From an uncultured delta proteobacterium (GTDB lineage Bacteria; Desulfobacterota; Binatia; Binatales; Binataceae), in assembly GCA_963794325.1 (NCBI GenBank), contig CAWCDG010000004.1:1088001-1152000 (forward strand): 64,000 nt of DNA, read 5' to 3'. The notes beneath the pieces were generated by a model that ran no database searches, was not told the DNA's origin, and saw only the letters and a program-made list of their open reading frames with translations. Below, piece after piece: positions 19,793-28,596 of this stretch (within the stretch, counting starts at the first letter, position 1; each line of letters opens with the position of its first letter). The position numbers and the translations under genes are program-made.

Positions 19793-19826
19793 AGAGCCCC
19801 TTCGAAAGAGGGGGCTCTTTCCTTTT
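19793..19826 (+). terminator. Intrinsic terminator
   Basis: AGAGCCCC...GGGGCTCT followed by TTCCTTTT. Confidence 0.75.
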
Positions 19827-19893
19827 CCGGCGCTTGCGGGCGTGCGCATTCAACATGATAGGGTTCGATCGCGGCGACGCCTCGCGAACCCTG

Positions 19894-21153
19894 ATGTCCG
19901 AGTCAGCGAAAAACTTTGACGTGATAATTGTCGGCGCCCGCGTGGCCGGCAGCGCCGCTGCGATATTACTCGCGCGTGATGGGCGTCGCGTTTTACTAGT
20001 CGACAAGGACGCATTCCCGTCGGATCGGCTTTCGACGCATATCGTGCTCGGCGGCGGGACCAAAGTGCTCGAGCGAATGGGCGTCCTCGAAATGCTCGAG
20101 CGCGCGGGCGGCGTCCGCTTCACGCGATCACGCACGGTTGGTCCCGATTTTGACTATAGCGGCGAACTCATGCGCGAGGGCGCCGACAATCGCGGACTGT
20201 GCCTCGGACGCGTGCTGATGGACGCCGCGATGATCGATGCGGCGCGAAGTTTCGAAGGCGTCACGTTTCGCGAACGCTTCAGGCTTACCGATCTGCTCAT
20301 CGAAGATGATGCGATCGTGGGAATTCGCGGCGAGGATGCGGCGGGCGTGCATGAGTTTCGCGCGACGCTGACCATCGGCGCCGACGGGATGCGCAGTTCG
20401 GTTGCGGAAATCGCGTCGGAGCGTATCGACGCATTCCCGCGCGTCGACGTTCCATGCGCGCGCGCATATTACTATGCGTACTTCGAAGGTGTCGCGCGGA
20501 AAAATCTCGGCGACGATCTGATCGCGGAGTTCGAGTCGGCGCCCGGTGCCGGCAACCTGGTTTGCCGATGTGAGAACGGGCTCACGGTCGCCGCGACGGC
20601 GTTCGACGCGTCCGAGATGCAAACCTTTCGCACCGACCTCGCATCGAATCTGCGCAGCTATCTGAATCGATCGTTCGCAGTTGGCAAGATGCTCGAAGGC
20701 GCGACGATAGTCGGCAAAGTGTTTTCTTCGGGCATCCTCAACAACACGTATCGCAATCCGGTCGCTGACGGCGCGATTCTGCTCGGCGACGCGGGCCTGC
20801 ACGTCGATCCGCTGTTCGGACAGGGGCATTCGATGGCGCTGATGAGCGCATGGATTGTTGGCGAGCTCGCGCGCGAGTGGTTCTCCACAGGCCGCGGCAA
20901 CGCGATACCCGTCGGCATGCTGGACGACTTTACGCGGCGGCGCGATGCGGAGTTGATGCCGTACTACAAGGCGAGCGTGCAGGTATCGCGTGAGATCCCG
21001 CTCGATCGTGCGAGCCGTCTGGCGCATCGCGCGGCGAGCCGAGAGCAATGGGCGGCGGACGAGATGATTCGATTCGCGCAGATGCTCGCGCCGAGCGCAG
21101 CGTTGTCGTTCCGATTCGCGCGCCTGATGGCGGCCGCGTCACGCGACGCCTAA
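19894..21153 (+). CDS. FAD-dependent oxidoreductase (geranylgeranyl reductase / monooxygenase-like)
   Basis: DVIIVGARVAG, IGADG, LLGDAGLHVDPLFGQG. Confidence 0.85.
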   Translation: MSESAKNFDVIIVGARVAGSAAAILLARDGRRVLLVDKDAFPSDRLSTHIVLGGGTKVLERMGVLEMLERAGGVRFTRSRTVGPDFDYSGELMREGADNRGLCLGRVLMDAAMIDAARSFEGVTFRERFRLTDLLIEDDAIVGIRGEDAAGVHEFRATLTIGADGMRSSVAEIASERIDAFPRVDVPCARAYYYAYFEGVARKNLGDDLIAEFESAPGAGNLVCRCENGLTVAATAFDASEMQTFRTDLASNLRSYLNRSFAVGKMLEGATIVGKVFSSGILNNTYRNPVADGAILLGDAGLHVDPLFGQGHSMALMSAWIVGELAREWFSTGRGNAIPVGMLDDFTRRRDAELMPYYKASVQVSREIPLDRASRLAHRAASREQWAADEMIRFAQMLAPSAALSFRFARLMAAASRDA

Positions 21154-21165
21154 TCCGGCATTCCA

Positions 21166-21996
21166 GTGGATGACCTCGAACTCGGCCGCATCCCCGCGCA
21201 ACGCGAGCTGCCCGAGCCGGTCAAGTTCGCATCGCCGATCATGCTGCTGCCCGAGCTGTTCGCGACCCCGCGGCATCTCGCGCTCGTGACCGGGTATCTC
21301 GCATCGATCGGATGGGAAGTATTCGTGCCCGACCTGCGGTCTGCGTACGGCAAAGGCTCGACGCCGCCCGTCGAGAAACTTCGCTTCAACGATCTTGCCG
21401 CGCTGGCCGGCGAAGCGCTCGAGGCGATCGGTCGCGATGCGGTCATCCTCGGTCACGGCGTCGGCGGATTGATCGCGTGCAAGCTCAGCGCGCATCGCCG
21501 GGTGAAGGCCGCCGTCGCATATGCGCCGCTGGTGCCGGGCTTTCGCACGCCGCTCGCCGGCGGAATCGGAAATCGAATCGCGATGATGTTCGGAAGACCG
21601 ATCAAACCGCCAAGCGGAAGAATACTTTTCGAGTTGATCGCCGATTCCGATCCGTTCACACGCGAGGGTTTGATCAATGCGATGGTGCCCGACTCGGGCG
21701 CGCTCGCAACCGACGTGATGGCCGGCGCGATCGAATTTGCAGCATCGGACAAAGCCGCGCCGCGCCTCGTCGTCGCCGGTGATTCGGACATCCTGGCTCC
21801 TCTGCCAGAGACGACCAAATTTGCCGAATCGATCGGCGCGAAGCTGGCGACAATTCGCGGGCGCGGGCATTGGCTGATCGGTGGCCGCGCGCTGGAACGT
21901 GCAATCAACGAGACGCAGCGATTCCTCGTGCGCGCCCTCGGCCAGGATTTGCTGCTGCTCTATCCCGAAGAGTGGAAAAACGAACCGCCCGAGTGA
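21166..21996 (+). CDS. Alpha/beta hydrolase fold protein, nucleophile elbow GHGVG
   Basis: VILGHGVGG, VVAGDSD, GRGHWL. Confidence 0.8.
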   Translation: MDDLELGRIPAQRELPEPVKFASPIMLLPELFATPRHLALVTGYLASIGWEVFVPDLRSAYGKGSTPPVEKLRFNDLAALAGEALEAIGRDAVILGHGVGGLIACKLSAHRRVKAAVAYAPLVPGFRTPLAGGIGNRIAMMFGRPIKPPSGRILFELIADSDPFTREGLINAMVPDSGALATDVMAGAIEFAASDKAAPRLVVAGDSDILAPLPETTKFAESIGAKLATIRGRGHWLIGGRALERAINETQRFLVRALGQDLLLLYPEEWKNEPPE

Positions 21997-22026
21997 GAGA
22001 GTAGAATCGAAGGCAGGTGAATCGCG

Positions 22027-22815
22027 ATGGCAAATGAAAACGTGCAGAAAAATCTGATCATCGAGGAAGCAGCCGGGCTCATCACGCTCACGATGAACCG
22101 GCCCGAGAAGCGCAACGCGCTTTCGACCGCGATGATGACGGAGCTGAACGACGCGCTCGTCGCGATCGGAAAACGTAGCGATGCGCGCGCGGTCATAATC
22201 GCCGGCAGCGGGCCGGCGTTCTCGGCGGGCCACGACCTCGGCGAATTGAAGGGACGCGACCTCGTATTCTATCGCTATGAATTCGATCTTTGCGCGCAGC
22301 TGATGCTGACGATTCAAAGAATTCCGCAGCCGGTGATCGCGCGAGTGCATGCGATCGCGACCGCCGCGGGATGCCAGCTCGCGGCAACCTGCGACCTCGT
22401 CGTCGCCGGCGAGAACGCAAGCTTCGCCACGCCTGGCGTGAGAATCGGGCTGTTCTGCTCAACCCCGATGGTTGCGCTGACCCGCGCCGTCGGCCGCAAG
22501 CATGCGATGGAAATGCTCCTGACCGGCCAGCCCGTCAAAGCAAAGGCCGCCGCCGAATGGGGACTGGTGAACAGAGTGGTCGCCGACGCCGACCTTGTCG
22601 CAGAAACCCGCAAGCTAGCGATGCAGATAGTCGAAGCCAGCCCCTTAATCATCGGAATCGGCAAGCGAGCATTCTACGAGCAAATCGATCTGGATACGGC
22701 GAAGGCCTACGAATACACCAAGGAAGTGATGAGCCAGAACGCGATGGCAATCGACGCGCAGGAAGGAATCGGCGCGTTCCTGGAAAAGCGCAAACCAGTG
22801 TGGCGCGGAAAGTGA
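22027..22815 (+). CDS. Enoyl-CoA hydratase family
   Basis: NRPEKRNAL, FSAGHDL, ATAAGCQL, TPGVRIGLFC. Confidence 0.92.
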   Translation: MANENVQKNLIIEEAAGLITLTMNRPEKRNALSTAMMTELNDALVAIGKRSDARAVIIAGSGPAFSAGHDLGELKGRDLVFYRYEFDLCAQLMLTIQRIPQPVIARVHAIATAAGCQLAATCDLVVAGENASFATPGVRIGLFCSTPMVALTRAVGRKHAMEMLLTGQPVKAKAAAEWGLVNRVVADADLVAETRKLAMQIVEASPLIIGIGKRAFYEQIDLDTAKAYEYTKEVMSQNAMAIDAQEGIGAFLEKRKPVWRGK

Positions 22816-22850
22816 GGGGGGCGAAGAAGAATAGTCGCCTGCGCGGCGGG

Positions 22851-23050
22851 CGGCAGGGGTGACCCCTGCACCCAGTGAGAATCGCAAAACGGCGAGGACG
22901 ACATTTCGCTCTCAAGTTCTGTTTTCTGAGTCATTCTTCTGTTTCCCCTTTCTCGCGGGAAAGGGGGTGAGGGGGATAGGACGGGGCGGAATAGTTGTCT
23001 CAAATCCGGTTCCCCTTCCCGCTCGGGAAGGGGTTAGGGGTTAGGTTCTT
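22851..23050. repeat. Mosaic repeat cluster: family A (GCAGGGGTGACCCCTGCAC) plus two family B copies
   Basis: 22852-22936 is an inverted match to 24646-24733; 23004-23050 is an exact inverted match to 24787-24833. Confidence 0.85.
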
Positions 23051-23098
23051 CGCTACACAGCGACGCTCCGCTGAGTGCAATCTTACTAGCCCAGTTAG

Positions 23099-23503
23099 TT
23101 ATTCCTTTATGCGAAGCTTGAAACTGCTTGGATGTCCGGGACTGTGGCTCACGTACTCGACCGGACCGAGATAGCGAAATCCTGAGTCAGAGTATTGCTT
23201 GGGCTCTTCTCGATAAAAGAGGAGCAGCTCCAAATCTCGAGTTTTGTGATCAATGATCATCTGATCGCTTTTGCCTGAGGTCTGTCCCTGCCAGTGAAGT
23301 GTCTTGCCAGACCGATAGTCGACGTACTTCGGTTGGTTCGGTGCCTTCTTACGCGTGACGAAAAGCCAGACGGAGGAATAATTCTTCGGTCTGAAAACTC
23401 CGGTGTTTAAGGTAGCGTCCGAAGTAGGAAAAATCTCTCGGAGTGATTTTCGAGAATATATTTCGCCGATCTTTAGCTTTTCCGATGCGAAACCTAAGTT
23501 CAT
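23099..23503 (-). CDS. Stand-alone DUF3427/SRA-like (PUA-fold) domain protein
   Basis: IGEIYSR, VWLFVT, YVD, LHWQGQ, LLLFYR, FRYLG pattern; lower GC than flanks. Confidence 0.65.
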   Translation of the reverse strand: MNLGFASEKLKIGEIYSRKSLREIFPTSDATLNTGVFRPKNYSSVWLFVTRKKAPNQPKYVDYRSGKTLHWQGQTSGKSDQMIIDHKTRDLELLLFYREEPKQYSDSGFRYLGPVEYVSHSPGHPSSFKLRIKE

Positions 23504-23548
23504 GGTTGCTCCCCTTCAGATGGTGTACCAGGATTCCTCTTCGCGGTT

Positions 23549-23887
23549 CTAGCGCGGCGCTCGCGGAGGAGGAAAGTTGCGACTAAAGGGAAGCCGGGTG
23601 ATTTTGCGTCTGTCGACAAGGTCGCTGACGATATAGAGAAACTCGTAGAGGGATGGGCATCCGTGATCCGTTGCAAGGCTGAGCAATACGGCGGCGATAC
23701 GTGCGACCGGATCATTATGGTCGTCTTCCGCGACTTCTATCAGCCACTGCCCGAAGACAATTGTTGCGTGTGGGTTTCCAGTCGCCCGATGCTGTGTGAG
23801 GATTGCGCGATCGATTTGCGGCTCCTCGACCGCGGTCAATAGCAGCCGGGTGCGGATTCTCAGGAATCTTCGTCTCGGCGGTAGCAT
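23549..23887 (-). CDS. Hypothetical protein (start uncertain)
   Basis: ORF fills the gap between two co-oriented genes; no motif recognised. Confidence 0.35.
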   Translation of the reverse strand: MLPPRRRFLRIRTRLLLTAVEEPQIDRAILTQHRATGNPHATIVFGQWLIEVAEDDHNDPVARIAAVLLSLATDHGCPSLYEFLYIVSDLVDRRKITRLPFSRNFPPPRAPR

Positions 23888-24234
23888 TCGCAGCAGATTA
23901 CCCCGTCGCCTTCAGAGGATTCGAGATATGCGTCGTCGAAGAGTAAGGCGACTGGCTGTTCGCATTCGATGCAGCGCTTCGTTTCAGCCCATCCGGTAAC
24001 GGTGCTCACGGCGTCCTCGATGCTTGCGATGACGTATCTGAGATCGTCGCGGTCGTCGTTGGTCGCTTCGGCCTCGATGATGAGGGTGCCGCGAGAGACG
24101 CTTCCAGCGCCTGTGCGATCCGGCGTTGCGCGCGCTGCGCGGAGCGCGAGTTCGATTGCTTGGGCTAGAGCCTCAACCATTTGGCCCGAACCTTCGATCC
24201 TGAATTTTCTTGGGGCGGCATCTGATGAACTCAT
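23860..24234 (-). CDS. Hypothetical protein with C-terminal Zn ribbon
   Basis: GAGGAGG RBS; CIEC...CCEC. Confidence 0.65.
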   Translation of the reverse strand: MSSSDAAPRKFRIEGSGQMVEALAQAIELALRAARATPDRTGAGSVSRGTLIIEAEATNDDRDDLRYVIASIEDAVSTVTGWAETKRCIECEQPVALLFDDAYLESSEGDGVICCECYRRDEDS

Positions 24235-24334
24235 TGGTTTCCTCCTCAGTTGAATTCGAAGTTTGAACCCTGGCCTGGGCGTGAGAAAATTGGAAGTGCA
24301 CTCAGCGAACGCATCTCAGGCATTTCGGAATGTT

Positions 24335-24833
24335 GACCCTCACCCGCGCCGGGGCGCGGCCTCTCCCTGATAGAGAGAGGCTAAGAAGGATCGGGATTCT
24401 TCGCTTCGCTCTGAATGACACCAAAAAGTGAGCAGGCTAGGTTTTGTGACGTGGCCCAGCACCCTCACCTGCCGACCGCGTTGCGGTGGCGCGGCATTTT
24501 TGGAGCGGGCACAAATTCAGAACTCAAGGTCCCCCACCCGCCGCGCGCGGACGCGCGGCGGCCTCGCCCCACGAATGTGGGAGGCGAAGATCCGGGATTC
24601 TTCGCTACGCGCTGAATAACACAAAGACTGAATGACACAGGAACTGAATGACACAAGGACAGAACCTGAGAGCGAAATGGCGTCCTCGACATTTCGCGAT
24701 TTCTTTACACTGGGTGCAGGGGTCACCCCTGCCGAAGGAAGCGTGAAACCCATCGCGGGTTTCACTTTCAATTAAGTTCTCACTCAAGAACCTAACCCCT
24801 AACCCCTTCCCGAGCGGGAAGGGGAACCGGATA
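24335..24833. repeat. Large mosaic repeat cluster (family B variants, GATTCTTCGC..GAATGAC family C, 16-bp tandem x3, family A, family B)
   Basis: Several palindromes; CTGAAT(G/A)ACAC units at 24612, 24628 and 24644. Confidence 0.85.
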
Positions 24834-24858
24834 TATAAATCGGCTCGCGGGCTCCGTA

Positions 24859-24887
24859 TTGATTGCTCGCTCGACTCTTGTTAGGGT
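24859..24887 (+). promoter_or_regulatory. Putative guaB promoter
   Basis: TTGATT, 17-bp spacer, TAGGGT with extended -10 TG. Confidence 0.45.
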
Positions 24888-24941
24888 CGGTTATGGCGCA
24901 TCTGATTAAACGGACTGCGTGTAAATATTGAAGGGCGACTT

Positions 24942-24973
24942 GGGCCCGCGGAAAACCCGCGGGCTCTTTTTTT
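24942..24973 (+). terminator. Terminator/attenuator hairpin in the guaB leader
   Basis: GGGCCCGCGG/CCGCGGGCTC stem plus T7, immediately before the guaB RBS. Confidence 0.7.
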
Positions 24974-24991
24974 ATCCAGGAGGTTATTTTT

Positions 24992-26446
24992 ATGGCGCAT
25001 CAGGAACTCCGCGAAGCACTTACCTTCGATGACGTTCTTCTGCTGCCTCAATCGTCCGACTTGCTGCCGGCGAATTGCGACGTCTCGACTTCGCTGACGC
25101 CGAAGATTCGACTGCGCATTCCACTTGTCTCCAGCCCGATGGATACCGTCACCGAATCGCGCACCGCGATCGCGATCGCGCAGATGGGTGGCTTTGGATT
25201 TATCCATCGTAATCTTTCGATCGAAGAGCAGGCCGCCGAAGTCGAGACCGTCAAGAAATATGAAACCGGGATGATCGTCGATCCGATCACCGTCAGCCCC
25301 GAGCAGAAAATCGGCGAGGCGTTGGCGGTGATGGAGCGCTTCAAGATCTCGGGGCTGCCGGTGGTATCGGACGGGCGGCTGGTCGGGATTCTGACTAATC
25401 GCGATCTGCGGTTCGAACGGCGCCTCGACAAGCAGGTGCGCGACGTGATGACGCACAAGGTGATCACGGCGCGTCCCGGAATCGATCTCGAACACGCCAA
25501 GGAGCTCCTGCAGGCGCATCGGATTGAGAAGCTGCCGCTGGTGGACGATCAGAATCGGCTGCGCGGGCTTATCACCGTCAAGGATATGGACAAGGCGATT
25601 CGCCATCCGCATGCGAGCAAAGATCAGCTCGGGCGGCTGCGAGTCGGTGCCGCCGTCGGAGTCGGTCCCGAGCGCGAGGCGCGCGTGGCGGCGCTGCGGC
25701 GGGCGGGCGTCGATGTGATTTGTATCGACACCGCGCATGGGCATACGCGCAACGTGATCGATGCGATCAAGGCGACCAAGAGTGAATGGCCGGGAATCGA
25801 AGTGGTGGCGGGGAACGTCGCGACCAGCGAGGGCGCGAAGGCATTGTGCGACGCCGGCGCCGATGCGTTACGCGTCGGGATGGGGCCGGGATCGATTTGC
25901 ACGACGCGCGTGATTTCGGGAGTCGGGGTGCCGCAGATCACGGCTATCATGGATACGATCGCGGTTGCGGAGCCGCGCAATATCCCGGTGATCGCGGACG
26001 GCGGAATCCGGTTCTCGGGCGATATCACCAAGGCGATTGCGGCTGGCGCGAACAGCGTAATGATTGGATCGCTATTCGCGGGTTCCGAGGAAAGTCCCGG
26101 CGAGACGATTCTCTACCAGGGGCGCACCTACAAACTTTACCGCGGGATGGGATCGCTCGGCGCGATGAACGAGCGCACCGGCGATCGCTACGGGCAGCTC
26201 GCGGTGACTGACGGCAAGCATGTGCCGGAGGGAATCGAAGGGCGCGTGCCGCATCGCGGGTCGCTTGCCTCGAATATTGAGCAGCTGGTCGGCGGGTTGC
26301 AGTCGGGGATGGGATACCTGGGCGCGGCCAATCTAACGGAACTGCGCAAGCGGGCGAAGTTCGTGAAGGTCAGCGACGCGGGCATGCGCGAGAGTCATGT
26401 GCATGACGTGTTCATTACGAAAGAAGCGCCGAATTACAGACAGTAG
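24992..26446 (+). CDS. guaB: IMP dehydrogenase
   Basis: [19 protein letters not shown] pair, [22 protein letters not shown]. Confidence 0.97.
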   Translation: MAHQELREALTFDDVLLLPQSSDLLPANCDVSTSLTPKIRLRIPLVSSPMDTVTESRTAIAIAQMGGFGFIHRNLSIEEQAAEVETVKKYETGMIVDPITVSPEQKIGEALAVMERFKISGLPVVSDGRLVGILTNRDLRFERRLDKQVRDVMTHKVITARPGIDLEHAKELLQAHRIEKLPLVDDQNRLRGLITVKDMDKAIRHPHASKDQLGRLRVGAAVGVGPEREARVAALRRAGVDVICIDTAHGHTRNVIDAIKATKSEWPGIEVVAGNVATSEGAKALCDAGADALRVGMGPGSICTTRVISGVGVPQITAIMDTIAVAEPRNIPVIADGGIRFSGDITKAIAAGANSVMIGSLFAGSEESPGETILYQGRTYKLYRGMGSLGAMNERTGDRYGQLAVTDGKHVPEGIEGRVPHRGSLASNIEQLVGGLQSGMGYLGAANLTELRKRAKFVKVSDAGMRESHVHDVFITKEAPNYRQ

Positions 26447-26489
26447 GATGCGGGGGAGCAGAATGCGGGGCTCCTCGCCCCGCGCCCTC

Positions 26490-26713
26490 GGCAGGGGTGA
26501 CCCCTGCACCCAGTATTAAGATGCGGGACGTTGTCCCTGTTTGGAAGTTTTTTGGGGTCGTGGCGTGTGTGGTGCCGTGGCCGCAATGGTCGAACTTGCG
26601 CGCGTGGCAGCCCTTCCCGTGCGGGAAGGGGAACCGGACGTAAGAAGCATCTTTTCAATGGGTGCAGGGGTCACCCCTGCCGAAGGAAGTGTGAAACCCG
26701 TCGTGGGTTTCAC
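26490..26713. repeat. REPIN-like inverted pair of family A enclosing a family B hairpin
   Basis: GGCAGGGGTGACCCCTGCACCCA (26490) and TGGGTGCAGGGGTCACCCCTGCC (26659). Confidence 0.85.
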
Positions 26714-26759
26714 TACAATTAGTTGCTCTAAGTTCCCCAGGGGCGGGGTGGCGGTACGA

Positions 26760-27938
26760 ATGGCAGATAACAAGCGACTGAGGGTTGGGATTTTGTTTGG
26801 GGGGCGGTCGGGCGAGCATGAGATTTCGCTGCGGTCGGCTCTGACTGTGATGTCGGCGATGGATCCGGCGAAGTACGAGATCGTTCCGGTTGGGATTGGG
26901 CGTGATGGGCGATGGTATCTCGAGCGCAACGCGCTGAAGCTGCTGGCTGAGAAGACGTCGCATCTTGCGGCACTCAGTGAGGGAGGCACGCAGGTTACGT
27001 TGTTGCCGCATCCGGAGGGGCAAGCCCTCGTGGCGACGCCGACCGATGGCGCGCGCGGCGATGTGACGCGCGCGCAAGATGCGATTCCTGGGCTCGACGT
27101 GGTGTTCCCGGTTTTGCACGGCACTTATGGCGAGGATGGGACGGTGCAGGGGCTGCTCGAGCTGGCGGGGATTGCGTACGTCGGCGCGGGCGTGCTCGGC
27201 TCGGCGATCGGGATGGACAAGGACGCGCAGAAGCGGCTGCTGCGCGATGCGAACGTCGCCGTCGTGAAATATTTTGCGATCGAGCGCGCGGATTACCACG
27301 AGACGCCGGAGCTCGGAGCGCGGCTCGCGCGCAAACTTGGGTATCCGGTGTTCGTCAAGCCTAACGCGCTCGGATCGTCAATCGGAATCAGCAAGGTGAA
27401 GCGCGCCGCCGATCTCAATGCCGCGCTCGACGACGCATTTCAATACGATCGCAAGGCGCTGATCGAGGCGTCATGCGAGGGCCGCGAGTTCGAGGTCGCG
27501 GTGCTCGGCAACGATCGTCCCGAGGCGTCGATTCCCGGCGAAGTGTTGGTCACGGGTGCGCATGACTTTTACGATTACGAATCGAAGTACGTCGATCCGG
27601 AGGGATCCGCGACGAAAATTCCGGCCGAGTTGCCTGCTGCGAAGGCGAAGAAGTTGAGCGCGATGGCGGTGGCGGCTTTCAAGGCATTGTCGCTGCGCGG
27701 GATGGCGCGGGTCGATTTTCTCGCGAGTCGCGACTTGCGCGAGATCTACGTCAACGAGGTGAATACGATTCCAGGTTTCACTTCGATCAGCATGTATCCG
27801 AAGCTGTGGGAGGCGTCGGGGCTGCCGCTGCCCAAGCTGATCGATCGGCTGATCGAGTTGGCGTTGGAGGAGCATCGCGAGCGCGAGTCGCTCAAGATTA
27901 CCTATCAGCCAAAGTCTCTCGCGAAGCCTGGTAGATGA
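26760..27938 (+). CDS. ddl: D-alanine--D-alanine ligase
   Basis: GGRSGEHEISL, LHGTYGEDG, GSSIG, FYDYESKY, EVNTIPGFT; ATG at 26760. Confidence 0.95.
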   Translation: MADNKRLRVGILFGGRSGEHEISLRSALTVMSAMDPAKYEIVPVGIGRDGRWYLERNALKLLAEKTSHLAALSEGGTQVTLLPHPEGQALVATPTDGARGDVTRAQDAIPGLDVVFPVLHGTYGEDGTVQGLLELAGIAYVGAGVLGSAIGMDKDAQKRLLRDANVAVVKYFAIERADYHETPELGARLARKLGYPVFVKPNALGSSIGISKVKRAADLNAALDDAFQYDRKALIEASCEGREFEVAVLGNDRPEASIPGEVLVTGAHDFYDYESKYVDPEGSATKIPAELPAAKAKKLSAMAVAAFKALSLRGMARVDFLASRDLREIYVNEVNTIPGFTSISMYPKLWEASGLPLPKLIDRLIELALEEHRERESLKITYQPKSLAKPGR

Positions 27939-27942
27939 CCCG

Positions 27943-28581
27943 ATGCGGCGGCTGCTGATTGCGACTACGAATCGAGCGAAGCTTGCCGAGTATCGATTGA
28001 TCCTGCGCGATGTCGGAATCGAGCTCGAACTCGTATCGCTGGCGGATGTCGGAATTTCCGATAGTCCCGAGGAGACGGGGGCGACCTTCACCGAGAATGC
28101 GTTGATCAAGGCGCGGTTCTACTTCGAGCGCGCGCGAATTGCGACGTTGGCCGACGACGGCGGCCTCGAAATCGACGCGCTTGGCGGAGAGCCGGGAATA
28201 AGGTCGCATCGATGGCTCGGGTCGGGGCGCGAGGATTCCGACGAGGCGCTGGTCGCGGAAGTTATTCGCCGGATGAAGGGCGTCGAGGCGGCGCGGCGGA
28301 CGGCGCGAATTCGCGCGACGCTTGCGCTGATCCATGATGCGCGCGGCGTGATACGCGAGAAGACCGCGGAAGGCGCGATCGAGGGCGTGATCGCGGAGCG
28401 CGCGTATCCTGTAATTCGTGCGGGGTTTCCGTATCGTGCGGTGCTGGTTATTCCCGGGCGCAACTGTTATCTGGGCGAACTCGGCGACCAGGAAGAGGCG
28501 CAAATCAGCCACCGCCGGATTGCGCTGCTCAGCCTGAGCGATGAGCTGGAGCGGATAGCCGCAGGCCTCGCCGCGGGCTAA
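27943..28581 (+). CDS. rdgB: Non-canonical purine NTP pyrophosphatase (HAM1/RdgB)
   Basis: ATTNRAKLAE, ETGATFTENALIKA, LADDGGL, ISHR. Confidence 0.88.
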   Translation: MRRLLIATTNRAKLAEYRLILRDVGIELELVSLADVGISDSPEETGATFTENALIKARFYFERARIATLADDGGLEIDALGGEPGIRSHRWLGSGREDSDEALVAEVIRRMKGVEAARRTARIRATLALIHDARGVIREKTAEGAIEGVIAERAYPVIRAGFPYRAVLVIPGRNCYLGELGDQEEAQISHRRIALLSLSDELERIAAGLAAG

Positions 28582-28596
28582 GATCGCGACGCAAAG

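Noticed and set aside
19504-19826. tmRNA, SRP, 6S or CsrB-type RNA
   Set aside because: No tRNA-like ends, no SRP loop motif, no long central-bubble rod, and too few GGA loops
24335-24833. Possible CRISPR array
   Set aside because: Repeats are heterogeneous palindromes without regular repeat-spacer periodicity; no cas genes
24880-24975. Known purine, ZTP or ykkC riboswitch
   Set aside because: Conserved cores not found by eye; kept only as a candidate attenuator
26541-26759. N-terminal extension of ddl in the ORF track
   Set aside because: Translates repeat DNA; homology starts at ATG 26760
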